Positions 55,185 through 64,000 of a stretch of 64,000 bases of DNA are shown piece by piece. The stretch is from a virus, in the IMG/VR virus record IMGVR_UViG_3300037479_000437, positions 233 through 64,232 of that record; one strand, 5' to 3'. Numbering within the stretch: the first letter of the stretch is position 1; each line of letters begins with the position of its first letter. Under the pieces are notes generated by a model, which saw only the letters and a program-made list of their open reading frames with translations, did no database searches and was not told where the DNA came from. Position numbers and translations under genes: made by a program.

Positions 55185-55579
55185 TCACCTCAGGTACATG
55201 GAAACTAATCCGAGTCAATGCTGACCGTGATGACGAGCATTTTGAAATCATGGCAGAAGATAAGTCACAAAACGCAATTTCGGAAATTGCCAGACTGGAC
55301 GATATTTTCGGCTTTCCGCCAGGCGTTGCTGAAGCCAACGGGAAAATCATGGCCGCTGCGCCGGAAATGCTGCGGCGCCTGCAATCCGCAAAAAAGCTGC
55401 TCCTGGGATTGATTGACGCAAAAGACAGACTGGAACTGCCGGAACTGGCGAGTTATACGCTCTGCTTTCTTCTTGGCTTGATCCAGGGCGGAATAGATGC
55501 CGCCGAAGCCGGGATCAGTGTTTATTCACCACCCGCTTTGAATGAACCTGCTGACTGGTCGGAGACAATTGATTTGTGA
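55181..55579 (+). CDS. Phage hypothetical protein
   Basis: T.G.W...EAN..IMAAAPEML..L is a common phage motif. Confidence 0.6.
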   Translation: MITSGTWKLIRVNADRDDEHFEIMAEDKSQNAISEIARLDDIFGFPPGVAEANGKIMAAAPEMLRRLQSAKKLLLGLIDAKDRLELPELASYTLCFLLGLIQGGIDAAEAGISVYSPPALNEPADWSETIDL

Positions 55580-55621
55580 TCCTTCGCTGATTAAACCGGG
55601 CTATCTCCATCAACGAAACTT

Positions 55622-56014
55622 ATGACCCTTCAGGAACTGGAACTGAATATCAGGCAGTCAGTCAACGAACTGCGCGAAGCCAACACACTGCATCGCGCCG
55701 CTGCTCGTGAGTGGGCTGTAAAAATGAATCGCTACAGGCGGGCTAAAGCGACTGCTTTTGTCAAACTCTGCGGAGATGAACCCTCGCGCAAAAAAACCAA
55801 TCCTGAAAAAGAAGCCATAGTTGATCTGTCAACGGAGAGTGAATGGCTGGAGGCGCATCTGGCTGAGGGCGAAATGATGGCCATGAAAGAACTCGTAATC
55901 TCACTTCAGAAAACTCTTTCTGCCTGGCAGACTCTGGCTTCAAACACGCGAACAGAAATTGATCTGACGCGACAACCTTACGAAAATCGCCCGGTTGCGC
56001 GGAGAAACCCCTGA
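55622..56014 (+). CDS. UvsY-like coiled-coil recombination mediator (tentative)
   Basis: Y..AKA.AF...KT..EKEA....LQ..LSA.QT pattern. Confidence 0.45.
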   Translation: MTLQELELNIRQSVNELREANTLHRAAAREWAVKMNRYRRAKATAFVKLCGDEPSRKKTNPEKEAIVDLSTESEWLEAHLAEGEMMAMKELVISLQKTLSAWQTLASNTRTEIDLTRQPYENRPVARRNP

Positions 56015-56048
56015 AACCGCTCACCAGTAAATTTATTTCCCGCCTCCC

Positions 56049-56076
56049 TTTACTTTTTCCGCAAAGCGAATATTAT
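56049..56076 (+). promoter_or_regulatory. Possible promoter of the replication operon
   Basis: TTTACT-N16-TATTAT. Confidence 0.4.
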
Positions 56077-56248
56077 CTCTTTGCAAAACAGCTTCAGGAA
56101 TGACAATCCTGAACCACAACCTCAAACGACACGCTGAAGGTTTGTCCAAAGCCCTTTGCAGGGGGCTGGCTCCTGTGGATTTGTCACCCACAGCAGAATC
56201 GTGTCAGCCAGCACTCCGCAAAGGGCTTTTGCCGTTCTCACCACCACA

Positions 56249-57967
56249 ATGATCATTCGACAATCGGGATTGCACGGGAAAACTCCCATTTCGCGCTCGC
56301 TCTTGCAGGATCATTCCCTCAGTTTTGCTGCTCGCGGCATGCTCTGTTATCTGCTCAGTCATCCTGATTCCTGGGAAATTCGCCTGGATAACCTGGAAGA
56401 AGAAGGCAGCATCACTACCGGACAGCGACGGCAGATTATGCGCGAAGCGGAAGCAGCGGGCTACCTCGAACGCATCAGAACTCACACCGCTGAAGGGCAT
56501 CTTGAGTATCGTAATATCCTGCATGAAGCCCCATTACCACACGCACAGCGAACACGTTTGCAAAGTCCGCGCAACAGACACTTGCTGCAAATGTCTGCGC
56601 ACAACCTGACTCAGGCTGAAAGCAGTCAGGATTTAGCCGCATCCAATGAGTCACCATATGCAGATTTACCATATATGGTAAAAGTGAATATGGTAATCCC
56701 GGAAGCAGACGGCACCATATCTCCAAAATCTGCATATGGTGACATCTCTGAACTCTCCTGTTCTCAGTCACTTACTGTTGATGTTATTGAACCACCATAT
56801 GCGGATTTACCGCATATGGTAAAAGCGCATACAGCGACGGAAGCCGGTTTCACCATATGCGCAAAATCTGCATATGGTGGTTTTTCTGCAATCGCGCAAG
56901 TCCTTTATTTTCATCCACCGTCTGTTTGCTTTGTCAAGCCACCATATGCACTTTCACCATCTACGGTAAAATTGCATATGGCCATACATAATAGGAACAT
57001 GATTAGTGAATTAATAATACATGCAAGTGATTCTCCCCATGGGGTTCATGAAAACACTGTTCTTCAGGAACAAAAACAAAGTGATTTAATACATCGCGCG
57101 CATGACATGCATGCGCGCGCGCGCGAGGCAGAAGCCGACGAGCCGACAGCGCAGGAACTTCCCGCCGCGCCCGGCCCGGAGAGCGGCGGGCTGTCGCCCG
57201 CCCAGCCCTCTGAGTTTGTTTTTTCGCTGTGTTCTGATCCGACCCGGCAGGCGCTGTATCGGGGCGAAACGGCGCCGGTGCTGCGTTCCAACCGGGCGGG
57301 CCTGACCGATACAGCGGATTTCAGTGAGTGGCGCGACTGGTGCCACGATTTTTTCAAGTGGAACTGGGAGAAAAAATACTCCGGGCAGAAATTCAAATGC
57401 TCGCGCAATGACGGCATGCGGTTGTCCGGGCTGCTCAAGGCGCAGGAAGCACTGACGTGGCGCGACTGGCGCGCAGCAGTTCACAATTACTTCCACAGCG
57501 AAGGGCTGGCGCTGCACACGCTGGGCGATCTGGCGAATCGGTATACGACTTTTCGCGCACATCCGCTCAATCGCTTCAAGCAACCGCAGGAGAATTATCG
57601 GGCCAGTGAATTCCAGGGGTTGACCCCGGCAGAAATGATCGCAATTTTTCATTACGATCAACGACACTCAATTCGCAAGCAGGCTTTTGGCCGGATCAGC
57701 GTGCTGATCGAACAGGAAACTCTGACCCGACAACCGGCAGATCCGGTTGAGTGGGAATGGCTGCGACTATTGCTGGCCGGTGAAATTGATCCGCTCCAAT
57801 ATCCGCGTCTGTTTCAGTATCGCCCGATCTATTATGCCCGACGCGGGTTGCCAGTCCCTGACACTTTGACGCCGGAGCAGCGTCGTTTCCGCGATGAAAT
57901 TCTTGCCGCAGGCGGCTTGCTGCCTGCTTCCTCACCATCTTCGGAAATCATTCAGGAAACCAAATGA
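56249..57967 (+). CDS. Replication initiator (N-terminal wHTH, lambda O-like organisation)
   Basis: QDHSLSFAARGMLCYLLSHPDSW...EAAGYLER; internal iteron-like repeats; directly upstream of the primase-helicase. Confidence 0.75.
   Translation: MIIRQSGLHGKTPISRSLLQDHSLSFAARGMLCYLLSHPDSWEIRLDNLEEEGSITTGQRRQIMREAEAAGYLERIRTHTAEGHLEYRNILHEAPLPHAQRTRLQSPRNRHLLQMSAHNLTQAESSQDLAASNESPYADLPYMVKVNMVIPEADGTISPKSAYGDISELSCSQSLTVDVIEPPYADLPHMVKAHTATEAGFTICAKSAYGGFSAIAQVLYFHPPSVCFVKPPYALSPSTVKLHMAIHNRNMISELIIHASDSPHGVHENTVLQEQKQSDLIHRAHDMHARAREAEADEPTAQELPAAPGPESGGLSPAQPSEFVFSLCSDPTRQALYRGETAPVLRSNRAGLTDTADFSEWRDWCHDFFKWNWEKKYSGQKFKCSRNDGMRLSGLLKAQEALTWRDWRAAVHNYFHSEGLALHTLGDLANRYTTFRAHPLNRFKQPQENYRASEFQGLTPAEMIAIFHYDQRHSIRKQAFGRISVLIEQETLTRQPADPVEWEWLRLLLAGEIDPLQYPRLFQYRPIYYARRGLPVPDTLTPEQRRFRDEILAAGGLLPASSPSSEIIQETK
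56650..56990. repeat. Iteron-like direct and inverted repeats (CACCATATGC core), candidate replication origin
   Basis: caccatatgc(a/g)gattt and its complement aaatctgcatatggtg recur several times, followed by an AT-rich tract. Confidence 0.75.
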
Positions 57968-59952
57968 AACCATTGAATGGACAAGTAATCTCTAAACTCA
58001 ATGAATCACAATCCTTCAACCCGACTGAATCAATTCCGACGCCAGGCGGTCTGGCGCCAACCAGCCTGCTTGAAGCGGCGCTGGCTTACGCGCTCCGGGG
58101 ATGGAGCGTGTTTCCCTGTCACACTCCGGCGCAAACGGCTTCAGGTTGTTCCTGCGCGAACAAAGAATGCTCGCATCAGGGCAAACATCCGCGGGTGCTG
58201 AAAGGTCATCACGCCGCAACGACAGAAGCAGCGCAGATTCGTGAATGGTGGCGCATGTGGCCCGACGCGAATATCGGCATTGCCACCGGGCCAAGCCAGC
58301 TTTTTGTCGTGGAAATTGATCACCAGGACGGCGGGCTGGAAACCTGGCGAAGTTTATGTCAGGCCCATAATCTGCACGCCGATCCAACGGCGCCGGGCTG
58401 CATTGTTACGAGCGGGGGTGGCGGAAAGCATATCTACTACCACCGACCTGAAGATTGTCAACTGACCATCGCCAACAGCAAATCAGGCGTCAGTCTGGGG
58501 CCGGGAATTGATTTTCGCGCCGGTGCGGGCTATGTCATCGCGCCCCCATCACTGCATCGCAGCGGGCGGCGTTATACGTGGGCGCGCTATGCGCCTACGC
58601 TCCCGACCTTACCCGCCTGGATTCCCGAAGTGATCGAACAGCAGCGACGGGAGAAAGCGCCGGAATTGAGCGGAGAGATGCTGCGTTTGCGTGGCGCAGA
58701 ACGAATCAGCACGGGACAACGCCATCGGTATCTGCTCAATGTCGCCGCATCGCTCCGTCATCAGGGCTTCGATCAGGCAACCATTCTGGCCGCGCTGCAT
58801 GCAGAAAATACCAAATGCGAGCCGCCCAAATCTGCCGAGGAGTTGAGCAGCATTGCCGCCTGGATCAGTCAGAAACCAGTCGGGCGCGCACTGGACACGA
58901 TGCTCACTCATCCGGGTCTGCTCCCGAAAGAAGCAGAAGCTGCGACAGAGCAGGCGCCAGCTATTCTGACTCTGGAAGCCTATCGCAGCGAAATTGAACA
59001 GATTTATCACAACGGCTTACCGCGCGGCGCTTCGACTGGCTGGACTGCGCTGGATCAGTTATTCACTGTTCTGCACGGTGGTCTGACGGTTATCAGCGGC
59101 TATTCCACCATGGGCAAAACAGCGTTTCTCTCAGCCCTGCTGTGCAATCTTGCGGCTGAGCAGAAATGGAAGTTCGGCTTGTTTATCCCGGAAATGCGCC
59201 CTTACGCCAGTTACTTTTTCCGGCTGGCGGAAACCTGGAAAACACAACCCTTTTCCCGCTGGGTCCCGGGCCGCGCTTCAGCCCAGGAACTGGATGAGGC
59301 CATCACGGGAATGGCGGAATATCTTTTCCCGCTTGACGCCTGCGGTGATGCAGCCTTTACTTTCGACTGGTTCATTGACTCGCTGTGCCGGGTTGACGAC
59401 GCCTGCAAACTGGACGCGGTCATCGTGGATCACTGGATGAAACTCATTCATCCTGCGCCCCGTCATGGAGAGCATCGCTCTGATGTGGTTATTCGCCAGG
59501 TCAATCAATTAAAGCAGCTTTGCGAACTGCGACAGATTCACTGCTTCCTGGTCGTTCATCCCAGGTCCTTGCCACGTGGCAAGGACGGGCGCTTACCTGT
59601 CGCCGACATAGACGACCTGCCGGATAGTCGCGGCTGGCCTGCGCTGATTGATAATTTCATTATCCCGCACCGCGATAAAGCGGCAGGCGATAACCGGGTG
59701 ACCATTCACGTTCGCAAGCGCAAGCCCTGGTGGATCGGGGCTGAAGGCGAATGCGATTTGTTTTATGATGCGCTGACCGGCGCTTACACTGAGTCAGTCG
59801 TGACCGGGAACTTTGTGCAGGAAGTGTTTGATGATTATAAAACCCGCGCCGCGAATGATTCAGCAACCCGTGCCGCAGATGACTCAGCGCGGTTGACTGA
59901 TTCAGAGATTTTCGGCGCGGATGTGGAACCCGGATTCAAAGCGCCGTTTTAG
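57964..59952 (+). CDS. Bifunctional primase-polymerase (Prim-Pol + PriCT) fused to DnaB/Twinkle-like helicase
   Basis: GWSVFPCH, KHP, W...PDANIGIATG, IDFRA.AGYVIAPPSLH; Walker A GYSTMGKT; IVDHW and LVVHPR. Confidence 0.9.
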   Translation: MKPLNGQVISKLNESQSFNPTESIPTPGGLAPTSLLEAALAYALRGWSVFPCHTPAQTASGCSCANKECSHQGKHPRVLKGHHAATTEAAQIREWWRMWPDANIGIATGPSQLFVVEIDHQDGGLETWRSLCQAHNLHADPTAPGCIVTSGGGGKHIYYHRPEDCQLTIANSKSGVSLGPGIDFRAGAGYVIAPPSLHRSGRRYTWARYAPTLPTLPAWIPEVIEQQRREKAPELSGEMLRLRGAERISTGQRHRYLLNVAASLRHQGFDQATILAALHAENTKCEPPKSAEELSSIAAWISQKPVGRALDTMLTHPGLLPKEAEAATEQAPAILTLEAYRSEIEQIYHNGLPRGASTGWTALDQLFTVLHGGLTVISGYSTMGKTAFLSALLCNLAAEQKWKFGLFIPEMRPYASYFFRLAETWKTQPFSRWVPGRASAQELDEAITGMAEYLFPLDACGDAAFTFDWFIDSLCRVDDACKLDAVIVDHWMKLIHPAPRHGEHRSDVVIRQVNQLKQLCELRQIHCFLVVHPRSLPRGKDGRLPVADIDDLPDSRGWPALIDNFIIPHRDKAAGDNRVTIHVRKRKPWWIGAEGECDLFYDALTGAYTESVVTGNFVQEVFDDYKTRAANDSATRAADDSARLTDSEIFGADVEPGFKAPF

Positions 59953-60098
59953 GCGCCAGGAGAAGCGCAATGCGATACGTTCTGGAGTCTTTGCTTAATG
60001 AATTACTCGCCGGGCTGCCTGCTCGTTTGCGCAGGCCGCATTTACTAATTCCGATTCGCATTCCTGAACCGCGAATCATTTTCCAGGGAGGAACAAAA

Positions 60099-60422
60099 AT
60101 GGCAATTACAATCACCGCAACGCAGAAATTTACGGCTGGCCCGGTGTCCGCCGTTGACGCGCACGGCAACCCGGCGCAGATAGACGGAGCGCCAGCATGG
60201 TCTGTCTCAGACACAGCTCTGCTCGCTGTGAATGTTGCAGCAGACGGCCTGAGCGCAGACATTCAGGCTGTTGGGGCGCTGGGTCACGCGCAGGTCGTCG
60301 TGTCGGCTGACGCTGACCTGGGTGAAGGCATTGAGACCATCAGCGGCATTCTGGAAGTGGAAATTGTCGCGGGTCGCGCAGTCAGCCTGACTGTGCCTGC
60401 CGGTGAACCGACAGAGCAGTAA
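60099..60422 (+). CDS. Small Ig-like (Big) domain protein
   Basis: GGAGG RBS; VDAHGNPA.IDGAPAWSVSD...V. Confidence 0.6.
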   Translation: MAITITATQKFTAGPVSAVDAHGNPAQIDGAPAWSVSDTALLAVNVAADGLSADIQAVGALGHAQVVVSADADLGEGIETISGILEVEIVAGRAVSLTVPAGEPTEQ

Positions 60423-60502
60423 GGTTCGATAACTGGCGCATAGAGTAGACAAATAAATGTCTTGCTCTATGTGCCAGCCTATTCTTCGGAAAGATCAACA
60501 AC

Positions 60503-60748
60503 ATGGAATTCCAGGCCGTTTCAATCAAAGACCGTCAATCAATTGCCGAATTCGTCGCAGCCAATACCGCCAGCGGGTTTTTTTCCTCACATCAGTTACT
60601 GATCGTGACCGCACTGATTACCTTGTCGAACGGTAATGCGCAAACAGAATTCAGCAATGAAGACATGAAACGCATGATCAAAGTAACCGCTGAACTATTC
60701 GGTTTTCAGGGAATATGTTTGTTTGAAAGTGAAAGGAATTCAGGCTAG
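60503..60748 (+). CDS. Hypothetical protein
   Basis: ORF in the early operon. Confidence 0.45.
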   Translation: MEFQAVSIKDRQSIAEFVAANTASGFFSSHQLLIVTALITLSNGNAQTEFSNEDMKRMIKVTAELFGFQGICLFESERNSG

Positions 60749-60752
60749 CTGT

Positions 60753-61133
60753 ATGGCTTTTCATGTTCCTGAACAATACCGCATTTTACATGGCGTTATG
60801 CGCAGCAGCATCAGTGATGGTAATAACGGCGCATTTCAGATATTACCCTCAGAAGCAAAGCGCCGCCCGTTGTTTTTCTGCATGGCCAGTGACGGTTCGG
60901 GCTGGGAGCATGTTTCTGTTTCAACTTCCGTCCGCTGTCCGACCTGGGCTGAAATGTGCTGGATCAAATCGCTCTTCTGGGATGAAGAAGATTGTGTCAT
61001 TCAATATCATCCCCCGGCTTCACAATATGTCAACAATCATCCTTTTTGCCTGCATCTCTGGCGCCCGACTGACTGTGACATTCCGCAACCCCCGACTGAA
61101 CTGGTCGGTCTTTTAGTTGAAGAGAAGAATTGA
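60753..61133 (+). CDS. Conserved phage protein of unknown function
   Basis: GWEHVSVS...CPTW.EMC.IK.LFW..E..VIQYHP....YVNNHP.CLHLWRP. Confidence 0.8.
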   Translation: MAFHVPEQYRILHGVMRSSISDGNNGAFQILPSEAKRRPLFFCMASDGSGWEHVSVSTSVRCPTWAEMCWIKSLFWDEEDCVIQYHPPASQYVNNHPFCLHLWRPTDCDIPQPPTELVGLLVEEKN

Positions 61134-61372
61134 AGAAAAGTGAATCAGTGAAAACCTCATTCAGAGAAGCAGTATTGAAATATTACCCCAACGCGAAATG
61201 TCGTCGCATTTCATCAGCCCGCTTATTCGGGGTCTGGCTCGAACCCGACCGGCCAGGCGCTCCGGCAGGAATTGCCGTTTCCGGTTCACGAGCCTGGTTG
61301 CTCGCATTTCTGGCAATGGATAAACCGGCTGCGCCAGTTAAAGAGCAGGATCGTCAGACAGAGGACATTTGA
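61130..61372 (+). CDS. Hypothetical protein
   Basis: Overlapping operon arrangement. Confidence 0.45.
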   Translation: MKKSESVKTSFREAVLKYYPNAKCRRISSARLFGVWLEPDRPGAPAGIAVSGSRAWLLAFLAMDKPAAPVKEQDRQTEDI

Positions 61373-61411
61373 ACGAGTTGGCTGAAAGCAGATTCTGAAG
61401 AGAGAAAAATC

Positions 61412-61633
61412 ATGACAGCAGACGATATTCAAATCGGCAAAACGTACCGCGCGAAGCGATTCAGAAAATCAATTTTCGGATTCAATAACGACCGGCGCAT
61501 TCTCTGGATCAGTGAAAACCGAACCATGATTCAATACGACTCAGATACGGTAGCCGATGGGCGCCTGTTTCCGATTATCTCAATGGAACAGTTTCTGAAA
61601 TGGGTCAAATGTGAAGTAATCGCAGAAAGTTGA
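61412..61633 (+). CDS. Small beta-rich hypothetical protein
   Basis: IQIGKTYRAK...R.ILWI.....QYD. Confidence 0.55.
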   Translation: MTADDIQIGKTYRAKRFRKSIFGFNNDRRILWISENRTMIQYDSDTVADGRLFPIISMEQFLKWVKCEVIAES

Positions 61634-61642
61634 ATTGAAAAG

Positions 61643-61891
61643 ATGAAAGAAGATAAATTTATCGTTGTCTGGCATAAGGACGCAGGATTGATCGTCAGTA
61701 AATTAGTAGCTGAACATTTCGGACTGCACGATCAGCAGAGAATCACTGACGATATTGAAGCAAATTGTCTGATGCGCAGGCAGGCTGAATACATGAAAAG
61801 CAGAATGGAGCGCAGACTGGCGGAACTGAGAGAACAGAAAAAATCAAAGGATCAATCCAGTGAAGACTTCCCCGGATGGATCAGTTCCTGA
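61643..61891 (+). CDS. Hypothetical protein
   Basis: Lies between two ~35-nt direct repeats. Confidence 0.5.
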   Translation: MKEDKFIVVWHKDAGLIVSKLVAEHFGLHDQQRITDDIEANCLMRRQAEYMKSRMERRLAELREQKKSKDQSSEDFPGWISS

Positions 61892-61949
61892 AATGGGTCA
61901 AAGAAGAAGTGGCCGACCAGTGTTGAACGGGTTTAAATCAAATAACGGA

Positions 61950-62054
61950 TTTGCGCATCAGGGCGTCGTGGCTGCGTTTTCCGAGCAGATGACAGGTTTC
62001 ACTTTGATCTGACCCTGAAAATGCAGCCACCAGGCTGAAAACGGCAAATTTGAC
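61950..62054 (+). repeat. Copy 3 of the dispersed palindromic element
   Basis: tttgcgcatcagggcgtc gtggctgcgttttc-N35-gaaaatgcagccac caggctgaaaacggcaaatttgac. Confidence 0.8.
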
Positions 62055-62087
62055 ATAAATCAGCCGAACAAGGTGAAGGATTTGACG

Positions 62088-62618
62088 ATGAATCGCACAC
62101 TTTACGAAATCAGTAGTGATTTGCTGGCGCTTGATGAACTTCTTTCCGAAGTTGAGGGTGATGTGACTGATGATGAAGCTTGTGCCGCAATTGACGCCTG
62201 GCTCGCAGAACTCGGCTCAGAGCGCAACCGCAAGCTGGATGCCTACGCTGCGCTGCTCCGAAATTATGAGGCGCTGGCTGACGTTGCAGAAACAGAATCT
62301 CTGCGACTCGCTGAACTAGCCAACGCGCGAAGAAAAACGGCTGAGCGGCTGAAAACGCGATTGAAAGAATTTTTTGCACAACATAATCTGACCAAACTCA
62401 GTACGGAGCGATTCAGCTTCGCAGTGATAAAAAACGGCGGTAAAGCTCCATTGCTGATTCCTGATTCATGGCTTGCTACACCGGCTGCCGCGCCTGAACG
62501 ATTTCATCGGCGACGAATCGAACTCAATAAAGAGGACATTCGCGCGGCGCTTGAAGCAGGCGAACTGATTCCCGGCTGCGCAATTGATCAGAGAGGAACG
62601 CATTTGCGAATCAAATGA
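62088..62618 (+). CDS. Siphovirus Gp157-like protein
   Basis: TLYEIS..L...KLDAY...RLK.....KNGGKAPL...I...L..G..IPG......HLRIK. Confidence 0.85.
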   Translation: MNRTLYEISSDLLALDELLSEVEGDVTDDEACAAIDAWLAELGSERNRKLDAYAALLRNYEALADVAETESLRLAELANARRKTAERLKTRLKEFFAQHNLTKLSTERFSFAVIKNGGKAPLLIPDSWLATPAAAPERFHRRRIELNKEDIRAALEAGELIPGCAIDQRGTHLRIK

Positions 62619-63193
62619 TATGGAAATTGCAAGATGAAACTTTTAATTTGTCCGATTTTTTCAACATGAAACGCTATACCATTGGAATTGACGGCGGGCG
62701 AACAACCGGCGTGGCCGTGTTTGACCGACAAACCAGGACGCTCAGCAACCTGACCACGACGGATTACTTCGGCTGCCGCGCCATGCTGGCGACATTCAGA
62801 CCTGATGAGTGCGACGTGATTGTCGAAGATCCCTCACAGGTTCATCCCGTGTTCCAGCGCCCGCTGAAGGAACCAGTGACCGAACGCCAGGCCCATTTGA
62901 TCCAGATGAAGATCGCTCAGGCTGTGGGAGCCGTCAAACAACAGACCGCTTTGCTGATCGAAGAGTTGCGCCGCATGGGTTTCAATGTTATCGCCGCCCG
63001 CCCGATGTCCAGGGCGAAGAAGGCGAAAAACGACGCCAGGCAATTCGCCCTGCGCACCGGCTGGGTCGGCTCAACCAATCAACATGTGCGTGACGCAGGA
63101 ATGTTGTGCTACGGGGTAATGAGTTGCGTGCAACTGCTCAAGCTCAAAGCGCAGCCAGCATTCCTGCCACGCGCCCGAACCCGGAGAAAGTAA
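62615..63193 (+). CDS. RuvC/RNase H-fold nuclease (resolvase-like)
   Basis: YTIGIDGG.TTGVA, VIVED and HVRDA; probable start at 62666. Confidence 0.7.
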   Translation: MIWKLQDETFNLSDFFNMKRYTIGIDGGRTTGVAVFDRQTRTLSNLTTTDYFGCRAMLATFRPDECDVIVEDPSQVHPVFQRPLKEPVTERQAHLIQMKIAQAVGAVKQQTALLIEELRRMGFNVIAARPMSRAKKAKNDARQFALRTGWVGSTNQHVRDAGMLCYGVMSCVQLLKLKAQPAFLPRARTRRK

Positions 63194-63197
63194 AAGC

Positions 63198-63512
63198 ATG
63201 AACATCAGCGTCCTCACCCGTCTGATTGAAAAATTCAAGACCTGGTCTCTCTCACCCGACCTTGCGCCGATGCCTGAAAGCCGAGTTGAAAAATTGCAGG
63301 CTTCAGCAGATTCATTGCCGCAGGCGCCGCATAAACATGAATACGCGATACAACAAGTAGTCGAAAGCTGGGCTATTACTCGCAACAATCGCCCGATCAT
63401 TATTGTCGGCGCAGGCGAATACGCGCGCGAACGCGCCAGTCAGATTGCTGACCGGATGAATCGCAATGAACAAATCAGAATCAGAAATAATCAGTGCGGA
63501 AACTGCGCTTGA
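63198..63512 (+). CDS. Hypothetical protein
   Basis: ORF in the early operon. Confidence 0.45.
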   Translation: MNISVLTRLIEKFKTWSLSPDLAPMPESRVEKLQASADSLPQAPHKHEYAIQQVVESWAITRNNRPIIIVGAGEYARERASQIADRMNRNEQIRIRNNQCGNCA

Positions 63513-63723
63513 ACGCCTGGCGTATGCCAGCCGGATTCTCAGCGCGTTGACCCTTTGGGACATGCGCCCAGGAGCATTTATCCGGGTCTGCAAACAAGCG
63601 CAACAACAATTATCTGAACAACCGATTGCACAACAACGATCTCTCGTCCGACACTGGCTGCTCGCTGACTTACGCTTGAGACAACATTTTGACGCACAAA
63701 CAAGCCATGAACCATATGAATGA
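63466..63723 (+). CDS. Hypothetical protein
   Basis: ORF in the early operon. Confidence 0.4.
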   Translation: MNKSESEIISAETALERLAYASRILSALTLWDMRPGAFIRVCKQAQQQLSEQPIAQQRSLVRHWLLADLRLRQHFDAQTSHEPYE

Positions 63724-64000
63724 AGATACTCAAAACTTACTTGCTGAACAAAAAAGAAAGGCTGATGGCGCTTTGCATCAGGCCATCAATCGTCGTCAGG
63801 AACGCCTGCGCCAGAGACGGCCAATGGGTGACGCCTTTGAACGCTGGTTGTATGAAGCCCGGCGTCTGGTCGAAGAAATTCCTTATCTGACAAAATTATT
63901 CAAAGCTGAAGAAGCTGGCGAACTACCCACCAGTTTCAGGCATTGTTCACGTTCTCCGGTAAAGCAGATCGAAAACAATCATCTGACCTGCTGCCTCGGC

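Overview
The window looks like a nearly complete tailed-phage genome (siphovirus-like, ~55% GC) with no recognisable host genes, integrase, tRNA, CRISPR array or reverse transcriptase. It has two arms diverging from a promoter region at ~43.8-43.95 kb. The leftward arm (minus strand, 43.8 kb to 2.46 kb) encodes an HTH regulator, lysis genes, terminase subunits separated by two IS200/IS605 (TnpB) insertions, a moron-like block of secreted proteins, a 1843-aa lyase-like/IPT-repeat protein, portal, head, neck, tail tube, tape measure and tail tip. The rightward arm (plus strand, 43.9-64 kb, probably continuing into 1-2.3 kb) encodes a long structured leader, an AAA ATPase cluster, recombination and replication genes. 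The strongest signal is at 52.56-54.57 kb: a stand-alone Cas7/RAMP-like gene flanked by arrays of GGY-NN pentamers. The main array is cut into 12 units by a GGA(T/C/A)TN(A)-type heptamer. This matches my recollection of the recently reported phage VIPR RNA-guided systems, which I could not verify here. Other notable signals: a ~105-nt palindromic element with a ~35-nt variable core present three times; a ~600-nt tetraloop-rich, internally repeated leader RNA candidate; an AAA+ domain whose Walker B segment precedes Walker A; and two TnpB elements sharing a TTTAT target motif, one splitting a start codon and the other replacing a stop codon. All product calls come from reading motifs by eye; no database search was run.
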